A stretch of DNA of 64,000 bases, taken from contig CM074512.1 in the NCBI GenBank assembly GCA_037379345.1, positions 62,207,597-62,271,596 of the forward strand, given 5' to 3'. A program made the position numbers and the translations under genes. Below the pieces are notes generated by a model. That model searched no databases and was not told the origin of the DNA. It worked only from the letters and a program-made list of their open reading frames with translations. Origin of the DNA: Perna viridis. Its lineage: Eukaryota. Shown in pieces: positions 1-11,574 of the stretch (its first letter is position 1; each line of letters starts with the position of its first letter).

Positions 1-125
1 TAAAATGAGCTTCCGGATGTTAAACTGCTAAGAGTTTTGTCTTGTATCGACAATTTTTGATACTTTTCAATGATCCTTTGTGTGTTGAAAAATGCTGACC
101 GTAATTGCAGACAGGGAGAAATTAT
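1..125 (-). CDS. Putative exon 4, IISPCLQLRSAFFNTQRIIEKYQKLSIQDKTLSSLTSGSSF..., runs to the window edge
   Basis: 41 open codons in phase 0 after TTTCCTTTTATGAG (a less common GAG acceptor). The upstream intron is 101 nt. Confidence 0.45.
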   Translation of the reverse strand, partial: MISPCLQLRSAFFNTQRIIEKYQKLSIQDKTLSSLTSGSSF

Positions 126-226
126 CTCATAAAAGGAAATTTAATCAATTGAAATAAAAGGACAAAAAAAATAGTAAGTATATAACATTTAAAACTGCAC
201 TGCATGAGCATAGCAGAAAATCTTAC

Positions 227-252
227 CAGATACGAAGAAGGACTTAATTCTT
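227..252 (-). CDS. Putative 26-nt exon 3, (K)ELSPSSYL
   Basis: Acceptor ...TTTTTTATGAACCAG and donor CTG|GTAAGA. Phase 1 in and phase 0 out match the neighbouring exons. Confidence 0.5.
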
Positions 253-547
253 CTGGTTCATAAAAAATGCAAATAATATTTATTGTGGAAAAGAACAAAA
301 ATGAACAATAACATCAAAGTAAAAAATGGAAACTTACAAAAACTACGACAACAAAGAAATTAGCTTTACAGTTCTGTTGTAAGACACCCGCTGGTGCTAA
401 AATCAAATCTTTGCTTCTGAGTCTTTTAATTACACGCCTTGTGCAGAAGTATTTAGTTTTTAGCTATCAGTGGTCTTCATACGAGTAAAACGAACAAACA
501 CGGACATGCATGTAAAGTGATTAAATCTCATTCTATGTAGCAACACT

Positions 548-982
548 AAAGGTACAAACGTGGAGAAGTCCGTTTACCAAAGATACGTTCGAGGAGGCGT
601 CCGTAGACCAAAGGTACAAACTACAAACTCCGAGGGGACTTCCGTGAACAAAAGGTACAAACGAGGAGACGTCCGTGGACCAAAGTTACAAACACTGAGG
701 GAACGCCCGTGGACCAAATGTACGAACTCCGAGGGGACATTCGTGGACAAAAGGTATAAGCTCCAACGTGACGTCTGGGTCCAAAGGTACAGACTCCGAA
801 GGAACGCCCGTGAACCAAAAGTACGAACACCAAGGGGACGTCCATGGACAAAAGGTAAAAGCTCCGAGGTGACGTCCGTGGACCAAAGGTACAAACTCCG
901 AGGGAACGCCCGTGAACCAAAGGTACAAGCTCCGAGGGGACGCCCGTGGACAAAGGTACAATTCCCGATGGACTTCAATAGA
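548..982. repeat. 34-bp GC-rich minisatellite, ~13 units, consensus AAAGGTACAAACTCCGAGGGGACGTCCGTGGACC
   Basis: Tandem units read directly. They account for the overlapping ORFs 560-1068 on both strands. Lies in the predicted intron 2 of the minus-strand gene. Confidence 0.95.
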
Positions 983-1119
983 CAATACAGTATCGGAAAG
1001 AAATCAAACAAAGAACATTGGAACAAAACTAAATAACTCAAAAGTACGCACGGAAAATCGAACAGCACAAATCGAAATAAAACGGTTGAGGTTTAGTAGT
1101 TTCCGTTGAATATACTAAC

Positions 1120-1283
1120 TGGTTGAGGCCATGGCTAGCAGTTCCATGCGTTTGTTGTTTATCTCTTCATCCAAAGACCCCATACTGTTATCTATGGTTT
1201 TTATGCATTGAACCAAACTATCAATTTCTTGCTGCATTTGGGCAACTTCGTTCTTCTTTTGTTGAAACTTTTTCTCACTCTTT
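1120..1283 (-). CDS. Exon 2, coiled-coil segment (R)KSEKKFQQKKNEVAQMQQEIDSLVQCIKTIDNSMGSLDEEINNKRMELLAMAST
   Basis: Acceptor TTTTCAG at 1290-1284 continues the phase-2 frame with no stops and a heptad-like Q/E/K/L/M pattern. It ends at donor A|GTTAGT (phase 1), or at TAG 1117-1115 if unspliced (161-aa product). Confidence 0.7.
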
Positions 1284-1465
1284 CTGAAAATTGGGATAAA
1301 TGTCCATCAATATAAACTGACCCTAAAATGTTCAATTTAGTTTCAAATGCTGTATGTTTTTTTTTTATTTGAAAGGTCTTTCCACAACGTTAACCAAATA
1401 TATATGAATTAATAAATCATTATTTGGATCACTAAAGTGGTCGTAAAATCGCTTTGCCCACTTAC

Positions 1466-1782
1466 CGGTACTTTCGTAGCGTTGCGTTCAGTTTTCGTCT
1501 TGTGTGACGCATCTCTTTATTGCTTGAGGAATCTGAGTTTGCTGATGAAGAAGAAACAGACTTTGTAAGATCACTCGTTTTGTCATCCGGGGAGCATGCA
1601 ATTCTGTCGAGGGAATCTAGCAGACCATCTTCAGACAATTCTTTCAGAGTTGCCGATACACAACTCTCATTGAACTGGGGTTCTTTCATCTTTTTGCGCT
1701 TGAAGAGTTTTTTAACGAGAGACATTCCTATGAAACAAACTCCGAATCCAAGTGAAAAGAAAAACAATTCTCTACAAACCAT
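1466..1782 (-). CDS. Exon 1 of an uncharacterised membrane-anchored coiled-coil protein (model join 1782-1466, 1283-1120, 252-227, 125-<1)
   Basis: ATG at 1782. MVCRELFFFSLGFGVCFIGMSLVKKLFKRKK is a hydrophobic segment followed by a basic cluster, then a Ser-rich linker. The ORF ends exactly at donor CG|GTAAG (intron starts 1465, phase 2). Confidence 0.75.
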
Positions 1783-1809
1783 AGATATCTTCCATGCTTA
1801 TCAAAACAT

Positions 1810-2000
1810 GTCGTTGCCTGCCTCTTTTATGACGACGTCAGGAAAATCCGCAAAAGATGTGTAACGTTTGTTGCGCCTTCAAGCCAATGTGAAACAGCGT
1901 TGCAACGTATACGCACTACAATGGGCGTGTACCCTCTCTTTTGAAAATAAATTTCTGATTTTTAGGCAATTATTTAAACATTTCGTATAGCGCGCCTATA
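1810..2000 (-). promoter_or_regulatory. CpG-enriched promoter region of the minus-strand gene
   Basis: Immediately upstream of the ATG: GACGTCA (CRE-like), CCAAT, palindrome CGTTGCAACG, and ACTACAATGGGCGTG (ZNF143/Sp-like). Confidence 0.4.
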
Positions 2001-3440
2001 GGCTTGGGTTTCGGTGCCATCATTGATAGCATTTTTATGTAAAAAAATTATAGGTCATCCATGTTATTTTCTCTATGTGAAAATTTCTATAGAGGTATTA
2101 ATAAAATAATGGTAATAGACATAACTAAATTGTAGCAAAAATGTGGAAGAAAAATATTTTCTTGGTAAAACTGAAGTGTTACGGGGCACTTATTTGAATC
2201 ACATGCCAATTACTAAATATCACAGGTACTTGGGGTCGGGATTTTTTATACCTGTGCTACAAATGTAAATATGTAAGCCTGTAAGTCGGACCGTGCATAT
2301 TAATAGTGGGAGAAAGCCTCTGTGTTAATTTGAAGTGACCTAGCTTCTAGCTTTAATTAACAATTATACATGAGTATATTGATTGGCCAATTAAACTCAT
2401 AAAAGTACTAAAGTAATACTAAATGATTCGTAAAACGTTAAATTTTTTATATGTGCAGAACAGTTTGCTGTGGTAGACTATTGGTCTACCTATATTAAAG
2501 CTTGCGACTCCGACCAGAAAACTGAGTTTTAGATATGATAAACACAATTACAAAGCTTTGATCGTAATCATAAATAAGGAATATTCTATTGAAGGTATTG
2601 TTAACCACGGGATATTTCCATGCTACGACAATAGAGCTTTATTCAATGTTTCGCTAGCGGTATAAATTATGGAATAGTTCAATAACAGAAGTAGTAGACG
2701 ATCTACACTTTAGTTAGATCTTTCAATAGTTTCATCTAATAAAGATTGGCGTTTTGTGTGAGAGATAAAGAAAACTCATTCGTTCATAGATTATTCTGCA
2801 CAAATTTTCATACCAAGTTAGACTAGTATACAAAAGACGGAATTCCCTCGATGGCCCTTAAACAGAAATTGCCTATACTGGCTATTGTCATCAAATTCAC
2901 AATTATAAAACTTGTATCAATTCATTATGCAAATTTAAGAGAAGGGTTTTGTTCATCCCGGAGTAAATGACCCACTTAGCCCATTGCAGTTACGTTTAAC
3001 AATAATGTTACTGCTTATATAAAATGAATCGGAATTTGATTTTTCTGTTTTTGTCGAATGCAGACAAGGGACTACATGATGAATTTTTAACCATGTTTGG
3101 AATATAAGAAAATACCGATTTATTTCATAAATACTTAACGTTAATAAGTGGGAGGATACAGATAATAACATAAAAGGTAAGTAGAAGTATAAATTACTTT
3201 TGCAGTTGATTATGTATGATATATTGTATAACTAAATTTGAAATATTGATTGTAATGTTGATGTTTGACATATTCCCGTAAATGCTTTCTAGTTTCTAGT
3301 AAAATCAGACATTTATTGTTTTAGTTTCATTGTCTGTGTGATATAAGAGGAGTTAAATATGCCTTTGATGTAATATATACCCCGAACAATTAATTGCTCC
3401 GGATCCGGAACTCGTATCAATAATTTTATACGAACCGGGA

Positions 3441-3537
3441 TAACTCGAATAATTCTGTTCGTTTTCACTTCTACGATCGAAAAGAAAAAACAAAATTGGA
3501 GATCGACAGAAAATAACGACTTATGTTATTCGGGTTA
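3441..3537. mobile_element. MITE, family B (TIR TAACCCGAATAA), degenerate copy
   Basis: TAACTCGAATAA ... TTATTCGGGTTA, same termini as 8898-8986. Another left-end-like sequence sits at ~3378. Confidence 0.65.
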
Positions 3538-3684
3538 TAGAGCTGGAACTGCGCTAAAGGTTGCTAATCAGGTCGAGCGTCATCATGAAACAGCTCCGTG
3601 GGAAATCATATTTAGCATGTTTAATCATATCTACAACGGCGCCATGTGACACTTTTTTTTGTGGTGGTTGTGTGTGTGTGTGTG

Positions 3685-3900
3685 GGGGGGGTCTATGTAG
3701 CTCATGGTCATTAGCCGAAAATCGTCACCACTCGGCTCCGCATCCTCCCAAGTCAGGGTTTGAGTCCACCTTCTCTGTCTCAAACCCCTGGCACGGTGGA
3801 CTCAAGACTCTAACTTGGGAGGTTGTTGGCTTCGTTGTCTCTGCCCATCGTCGTCGTTTAGAAACTCCCCACACCTGGGAGAGCTATCTGCCCAATAACT
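3685..3900 (+). mobile_element. Decayed tRNA-derived SINE-like sequence with an internal inverted repeat
   Basis: GC-rich island with A-box-like TAGCTCATGG and B-box-like GGTTTGAGTCC, plus inverted arms 3744-3770 and 3795-3822. Confidence 0.4.
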
Positions 3901-4093
3901 TTCGAATTATTTTTAATACACACATGATACCAATTTTACAGTTGTTGAACAAAGAAACATAATTTTCGCAGTTTAAAGGTAATAATTCAATTTCAGAAGA
4001 AACGTGCTTTCTGATTGGATAAAAATATCGTCCATCGTTTTGTAATGACTGTGACGTGATCAAATCATTTGAATTCTGATACTTATAAGCCTG

Positions 4094-4230
4094 TTATATT
4101 TTTGCGGTCTATTTGAATTAACCTCAATACTCGTGGTGCACACTTGAAAATAACCTGCTACGCATAAAATTATTTAGTAAGTGTGCACCACATGATTGAG
4201 GCTATTTCTTCACAGACCGAAAAAATATAA
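4094..4230. mobile_element. Palindromic non-autonomous DNA element (resembles invertebrate Crypton-type non-autonomous repeats)
   Basis: TTATATTTTTGCGGTCT...CCTCAAT..GTGGTGCACACTT pairs with AAGTGTGCACCAC..ATTGAGG...AGACCGAAAAAATATAA. Upstream TTCTGATTGG motif at ~4008. Superfamily assignment is from memory only. Confidence 0.6.
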
Positions 4231-4573
4231 AAGTAATTCTTTAAAGAACTTTAAAATCTGTAATGTCAGTTTTTAATAATGAAATCAACGAAACAGTGCA
4301 CACCTGCAAAGTTTCAGACCAACTGGAATTAATTTGTTATGTCCCTGGAAATGTCGATTTACAAAAACATTTTGAAAATATATATATATATATATATACC
4401 TGTACATACCTGCGAAATTTCAGTCAAATCAGACGTTCAGAAACGGAGTTACACGTATATTTTCTATATTACAACACATTTTACAGCACAAAAGCTATAA
4501 TTTGTATATCTATTAGTTTTACAAAGAGTTCAATAAGAAAACAGTTATCTTAATAGCATACTTTGACTGCCTA

Positions 4574-4796
4574 TGTTAATTAGCACATGCCCTGGGACCC
4601 TTGGGACCAGGATTTTTTTTTATCACAAAAATATTAAATCATTTTGTTTCCATATTCGAGTTATTATGAGTGTTCTCGGACATATCTACTTGTTATTTAA
4701 TGCTGTTTATAAAATGCCCAGTTTTTCGTCTAGAAATTTAATAATACTTTTTGAGTTAGAAAAATCATTTTCCCATTGGGCCTGTGTTAGTTAGCA
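4574..4796. mobile_element. MITE with ~25-bp imperfect TIRs
   Basis: TGTTAATTAGCACATGCCCTGGGA versus the reverse complement of the right end, TGCTAACTAACACAGGCCCAATGGGA. Confidence 0.7.
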
Positions 4797-7454
4797 GTAT
4801 GTCCATCCTTTGCAGTAATACAATATGTGCAAAACAGTTTTAAAGTGTATACTTTTATCTACATTCATGTAATTGCTCAGGTGATATGGACACCCTACGT
4901 TGGACTTGTTTCCCCTGAAATTTTGGGTATTATAGGCAGATATATCAAAATGTGATAAAGGTGGATATAAATTTTGTGTTTTGTTTTCTAATGAATTACA
5001 AAGACACAGTCTAGTTTAACCAATATATGCACAACCTTTGTAAAAAAAGATTTTTGTAGATTGTGAATACATTTATCTGTGTGACACAACTACACCACCA
5101 AATAGCCTTTTTTTTTTTGTTTAGACAAATTGAAAGCAAGATGCACGATTCAGATTCAACCCCCTCCCCCTTTTGGATCCGCCACTGATTAGTTTTATTG
5201 CTAATCTCTGTAAGAATCCGCCAGTTGGTCTTTCAATGAAATCTGATTCAAAATACAGAAATGACATTGATATCTATCGTTTTTTTTAAATCAGTAATTT
5301 TAGGTATAAATTTTACGAAATATATTGTAATTTCATCATCAAAGGGAGGTAACTTACTTTCCTCTATTCCATTGTAACTTTGAACTTGTTTTTCTGCATC
5401 CTCTGACATTTCCGAAGAAGAACGAACTGAATTTGTCTTCAATAAACCAGAAACTATGTGCCACCTTGTCAAATTTGTGTGGATTTTCTAAGTATGATTC
5501 TATTTTGCCTGATTCCTTACATATCCAAGCTTTATTAGTGATGTGTATCCGCTGTAGTCAGATCAGTAAAAAGGTGTAAACTTCAGATATAAGAATATGA
5601 AATAATCAGTGGTTGGGAGTTTGTATTAACCAATAACCAAAAAAGGGGCCATCAACATTGCACGAGAAGAATCAAGAATATGTGGTTATTAGTTTTTGTT
5701 TGTCAGGAGTGATATAGAAGAAAACGATCTTAATAGCTTCTTAAATATATCAATATGTTCCTCACTAAGCCTCTTGTTATTGAATTTTGCAGTCTACCGA
5801 ACCTGAAATTGAAATACACCAGTTCTGCTATTCACAAGATTCTAGAATGTTAGTAAAACACTTCTAAGACACGAACGAAAGTGCATAAAGCTCATTTTCG
5901 TAGACTAAAAACAATATTTACTGCGTTTTATGCAATAATTTTTCGTAATAACTATTTGTCACAAAAAGATACTTTCTGAGGTATTATTAACACTCTTTAA
6001 CACAAATATTAAATCAGATAAATAAGATAATTCTTTCTATACATAAAATAAAATAAAATAAAAAATAATGATCTTGATGAGCTTAATAAAAATACTAATT
6101 CACATATTTTTCAAATAAGACATTGCCAGAAGGTGATATGTCCAAAATCTTCCAATTGCAGGCAACCGAATACTGTCACTCATTGGCGAATGTCTTAGAA
6201 TTGTTAGACAACAGTCGTGTCGTCTATTTCATGTAAAACATCTGAGCATTTAAAAAGCCTTTAGAAAATAAACAATGTCCGCATCTTGCCTTTGGTGATG
6301 TTGATTTTTCGCCATTTTAGGCTTCGAAATTTCATTTCCGTGAGGATAAAAAGGTATAGAAATTCGGGACAATGAGGGATGCTCTTAAATCAGATGTCTT
6401 CAATCTGACTCTAATTAATACCATTCAAATAAATTGTGCGTTTATACATTCGGCAAATGAGATTATTTTTTTTTCTAAAAGAAGTCTAGAGGCTTTTTAG
6501 ATGTAATTCTGGTTTAAAAAAAGTTCTTCGAATTCTAAAGCTTTTTCATAAAGAGAATAAAAGTTCTATTCATTGCAGTCCGACAATGGTCAATAATGGA
6601 TCAAATTCTCATCACATACTTCTCCAAACTAAAGCACTAGCCTTGCAAAAATCCAAAAATTCCGAAAGGGGGCGTCAAATAGCCTTTGGAGATTTCATGC
6701 TTTTTTTTCTATAAAATTAGCCAAATCTTGAGAGCATAGGGGTACCACCTCCCTTTATTCCGCCTATGACAACTGTGACTTACTGTGGAAACTTTGGAAA
6801 AGTGTAACCTGTATATAGCATAGCAAAAAAGATGCATTTTATAAAATTTAGGAAACAATGGTATTTTATTGAATATCCTATGAAAAGACGAGTAACTCAC
6901 TTCTCTCTACCGGTTTTTTTTGTCGTGTGTTAATTTTTGGCTTTTGAAAGACAGTAAGTAATATGATATATTCTTTTATTCGAAGCGAATTCACAATAAA
7001 TCCCGTCGTTTTTTAACTATACAGACGGTGATTGAATTTTCTGAAATGGTTTCCCGCCATTTCAAATATTCCTAGTTCTCTACAAATGTATTGACATATT
7101 ACCCTTACTTAAAACATTTACCAGTCTTTCTAAGAATCACGCAAGTGATAACAGAACTCTGATCAATGGAATTAAATGCAATTAAAATTAAATAAATCCA
7201 AAACACCAGCTTCAAAATAAGTCTTGAACTTGCGGGGGAAGACACGTCAAGTTCAAGATGAAAATAATGATATACAAGAAAAAAACTACAGAAAATTGCT
7301 TTGTCGGCATTATGAAAATCTATCATCTATATCAGCATATTTCTTAATAAAATTATCGGAGATTAAACTTTTACGGCAGCGTATTAGACGGGATATTTTT
7401 AAAATAACAAATGACATTTTCCTAATGAATCTACCTTCACAGTCAACTGAATTA

Positions 7455-7562
7455 TAAAAAAAAAATAAACAAACAAACAAACAAACAAACAAAAAATAAA
7501 TAAACAAACAAAAAACAAAAGCAAAAATAAAAACAAAAACCAATACCCCCAAAAAACAAAAC
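7455..7562. repeat. (CAAA)n / A-rich microsatellite
   Basis: Direct reading. Explains the F/V/L-rich minus-strand ORFs. Confidence 0.9.
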
Positions 7563-8646
7563 CGTATTACCGAGTGGTATCATTTTTATTTTTTTAAAAA
7601 ACTCGACAGATACAATATATCGCCGTCCTAGAGGTGACTCCAACAACAAACAAACCAAAGTACTCATATACTGAATCAATTCATATCGATTGTTTGATTT
7701 TTTAAGCTTAAAAAATCGTCAGATTGCAATAATAAGGATAACATAAAAAGAAAAAAAGTTACTAGTTTGCGTAAGATTATTCAGGTTCGTTGTCGGTTAA
7801 AAGACGACTGAACAAAAAACTCTCCGACATCCTACATAACTGAACTACAAACTAATAGTTGGCAATTACCTGTTCTGAGTTCTAAATTTTCAAGTCAGAA
7901 TTCAATTTAGCAGACTCCAGGTCAAAATTGTCAGTCAAATTATTCTAACCTGAGCCACAATTGTTGAAATCAATTCTGCTCTTAAAGACATGTATCTCTC
8001 GTCTAGCTAGAATATTTCAAAAGTTATCTAAATTGTCACGTTAACACCGAAGTTTTAGAATATAATTTAAACAATTAAGTCCGATGAAGCAAACACTAGC
8101 CATGCACTTTTGAGTCCCTTAAACATCGACAGCTCCATTATCACACATAATCCTAGAAACATATGGTTTTGAAATAACAGAGTTTCTTAAAGCATAGCCA
8201 AATAGCCAAATAGAATGTCCACTATAAATAACAATGTCACCAGACCACAGACCTACACCATTCCTGGGAAAATTACTGTGCCACCGTATAGGCAAAGTTC
8301 TCATCTTCGATGACCGTATTAAAAATGTTTTAAGATTAAGATCCGTACACAATTAGTTTTCAATATAGATGTCAGTTTTCAGTTCATTTGAATCGGCGTT
8401 TTTTTTTATTTTGGTTTGATTTGTTTAACTGTTTTGTTTTTGTTTTGGTTTTGTTCAGAGGGATACGGCATAAGATGTTTCAATGACCATTAATAATAGA
8501 ATGTACCATTTTGGCATACATGCAACGGTTTAATGCAAAAAAGTCTCCATTTTTAAAATGCTGTTGTTCTAAAATACATGAAACAGTGACGGTTTGGGTC
8601 ATGCTCTTTCTTTATCGGAATCACTGTCTCCTTTTTTTCGATTTAG

Positions 8647-10235
8647 ATCGAAGATCAGAATTGATATAACAGTAGCCAGAGCCTAAAGATTTGTAAAGCC
8701 TGTTAGCATCTGCATTAATCTCTTACACCACCGCAGGAAAATAGTTTCATTGATATATCCCGTTAAGGTTCAAATGCAGATAGTAAGGTCCTCTTTGTAG
8801 GTATTTTTAGTATATTCTATGTTATTCACGGCAAAAATCAAACCCATTAAACGACTTTTACTGCGAACTTATATGCTGATAAATTTGACGATCTAATTAA
8901 CCCGAATAATTCTGTCGTGACGCTACGATCACTCCTCAAGAGTAGAAGAGAAACAGATACGGAGAAGGACCGAATTATTCGGGTTACGATCGAATTGAAA
9001 ATAGTTGACCTCTAACCTCTTATTAGTGCATGTCGTACATTTACATGCATTTACCAAAATAAATCAGTCGTTCGCTGTCGAGATAATCAAGTCTTAGACG
9101 CATAATAACCATTTGCATTAAACCGACACGCTGGTCAAGACTTTGGCGTTCATGTTATTGTACGTGTCTCTGGAACTAGCTATAGATGCCCAGAAACTAA
9201 GCTCTTTTAAGTGACACAGTGTCTATGCGACAATTTGTAGTACTTGAGACATATAGCTCATCAACTGAGAAATCGTTGTAGCTAGTTGAGAGGTACATGC
9301 ATCTAAGGGCAGGTTTTTTTTTCAACGATTATTGCTTAACTTTGAATGATTTGACGGATAGTTTCGAACTGGAGGACGATAACTTTAATTTGAAAATTAA
9401 AAAAAAACTGATAAGGACCAACTAGAAGTTAGTAGTTCAATTATAAAGTATGTCTTAGAGTTGTGTTTTCATTCATCTAAGTGTTTAATGTCCTAGTAGT
9501 AAACCGACATCGAACCTGAACTTTACACAAATTGGCGCACTTCTACGATTCCACGTGAATTCTAGTAAATTGAATGTCCTTTGTAATCAGTAGTGAATCT
9601 AAATAAGAGTTTGATATTAACCATTTACAACAATAAGCTTGTACCTATATACGTTTCAAGTCGATCCTATTTTTGCAATTTGATGATTATATGAGTCGTA
9701 AAAATTCAAACAATCGATATAAATTGATTCAGTACATGAGGACTTTGATTGTTAATATTTGGCTTCAACCCTGCATGAAATGTGGACAGCTCTTTCGATA
9801 GGTACTTAGAATCCCTCTTAATAATAATTCTCCTTTCTAGGATTGGTAACATAGTATAATAGGATTTTCCTTCCTAGTTAATCACATCAAGTGGTTTATT
9901 ATTTGTTTTATAATTGTAGATAAGAAAACGATTAACAACATGTACTAATAATAGGTTAGAGGTCACCTATTTTTAGTTGGTCGCTGTTAATTCTAACCAA
10001 ATTAATCAGCATATTTAGTTCGGAATAAAAGTTGTTTATTGGTGTAAATAACATGGGATTAAACATGATATTTTTAATAACTGTAAAAAGGACATAATTG
10101 CTTGCATTTAAACCTAAACAAAGTATGTCAATGGAACTATTTTCATGCGGCGGTGTAAGGGATAGTTTCAGATGATAACAGGCTTCACAAATCTACAGGA
10201 TCTGGCGTCTGCTATATCAGTTCTGATCTTCGATG
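8647..10235. mobile_element. Fold-back DNA element of ~1.6 kb with ~300-bp imperfect TIRs (8647-9037 / ~9935-10235)
   Basis: Left arm ATCGAAGATCAGAATTGATATAACAG...AAAATAGTTGACCTCTAACCTCTTATTAGTGCATG aligns colinearly with the reverse complement of 9935-10235. No transposase inside. Confidence 0.8.
8898..8986. mobile_element. 89-bp MITE, family B, perfect 15-bp TIR, probable 9-bp TSD (Mutator-like)
   Basis: TAACCCGAATAATTC ... GAATTATTCGGGTTA, flanked by CGATCTAAT / CGATCGAAT. It is absent from the partner arm of the host element. Confidence 0.8.
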
Positions 10236-10759
10236 TCAATTGATAATAATATACCATTTCTAGCTTTAAAATATATTTTGCGAAAAATTCGTTTGTTTAC
10301 TTTATTATGTATATCATATTCATGTTTTAATTTCTGCCACAAATTGAAAATTTAATGCATCCACCGTCGATACATTTGATGCACATTGCTAAATGTTGTG
10401 AAGGATATCAATGAAACTACCCTTGCGGGCGGCGATATATCGCATCGGGTCGCCCGGTTTTAAAAAATGATGCAAATCGGTAATACGGTGTGATATGCGT
10501 TTGATAGAAAGTTTGGATCAATTGTCCGGTTATCCAAGGTAGTTTATTTAGTGATTATCGTTATTAGAGGGAATAGGAACCTCTTTCAACATGTGGAGTA
10601 TATTTATAGGATACAAGAAGAATCTAAATTTCATTTTCCTATATTGTACTTAATTATTTAATTAGAAAGAATAATTGCTTAAAATCTACGGTTACAGGGT
10701 GCAATCATCTGTGACTACTAGATCATCACCCTTTCTATTGCTGCTGACGGCTAAGGATT

Positions 10760-11574
10760 TTTCGAACTTTAATGGGCCTGGAGGGTATACGGCTATATCA
10801 TTTGTCAATGGAAAAATAAATCGATGTAGTTTTTGAATATCATTCTTTTCTAACTGAAAAGTGGTAAAGTTTTCTGCTATTTTGAATTAATTACAGGAGG
10901 GGTCAAAGATCAATCGACCGCAATACACTTTGATAAGTGATTTACGATATTTATAATCCTTCACTGTATGTTTCGGAAAACAAGTAACATGTAAAGATCA
11001 TAGAATTTCAAAAATGTAAAAAAGAATGCCCTTACAATTGGTTGCATTTTAGTGCATTTTCATTGATTAAGAGATAATAAGACACCGTAGACTATTATAA
11101 TGTATATCTAAATATTCTTTACTAAGTAACAAGTGTGGACACAGATTGGTATTGCCCGAGGGGCAAGTATGGACGCAGACTGGTATTGCTCAAAGAGCAA
11201 ATTTGAACATACATACGTTTTGTCTGAAAGGTGTAACCAATGGATATATTATAATCTATATCAAGAGGCACTGTCTGTACAATTTGGTTTCAGAATCTGC
11301 ATAACGTGTATCTACATTCAGCACTTCACAACACTGTCATTAACGGGGATTCTATACATGTGACCTTTACATGTTACTTTATTCCTAATACCTACAACAA
11401 ATGATTTCACTTAAATTACTTATCAAAGTGTACTGGGGTCGATTGATCTTTGACCCCTCCTTGGCTTAACCGTTTTTCACTTTGATAAGTACGATTTTCA
11501 AAAATTATATTGATTTATTTTTCCACTGATATATGATATAGCAGTATACCCTCTGTGTCCATTTAACTCGAAAA
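10760..11574. mobile_element. Fold-back/MITE of ~0.8 kb with ~170-190-bp imperfect TIRs
   Basis: GAGGGTATACGGCTATATCA...GGAGGGGTCAAAGATCAATCGACCGCAATACACTTTGATAAGT matches the reverse complement of ~11405-11574. Confidence 0.8.

Noticed and set aside
380-480. Possible hammerhead ribozyme of a Penelope-like element
   Set aside because: Only a vague resemblance. The CTGANGA and GAAA core motifs are missing.
560-1109. Five overlapping ORFs up to 164 aa on both strands
   Set aside because: By-product of a stop-free 34-bp minisatellite in a predicted intron.
1520-1864. 114-aa plus-strand ORF
   Set aside because: Antisense shadow of the better-supported minus-strand exon, with a non-ATG start.
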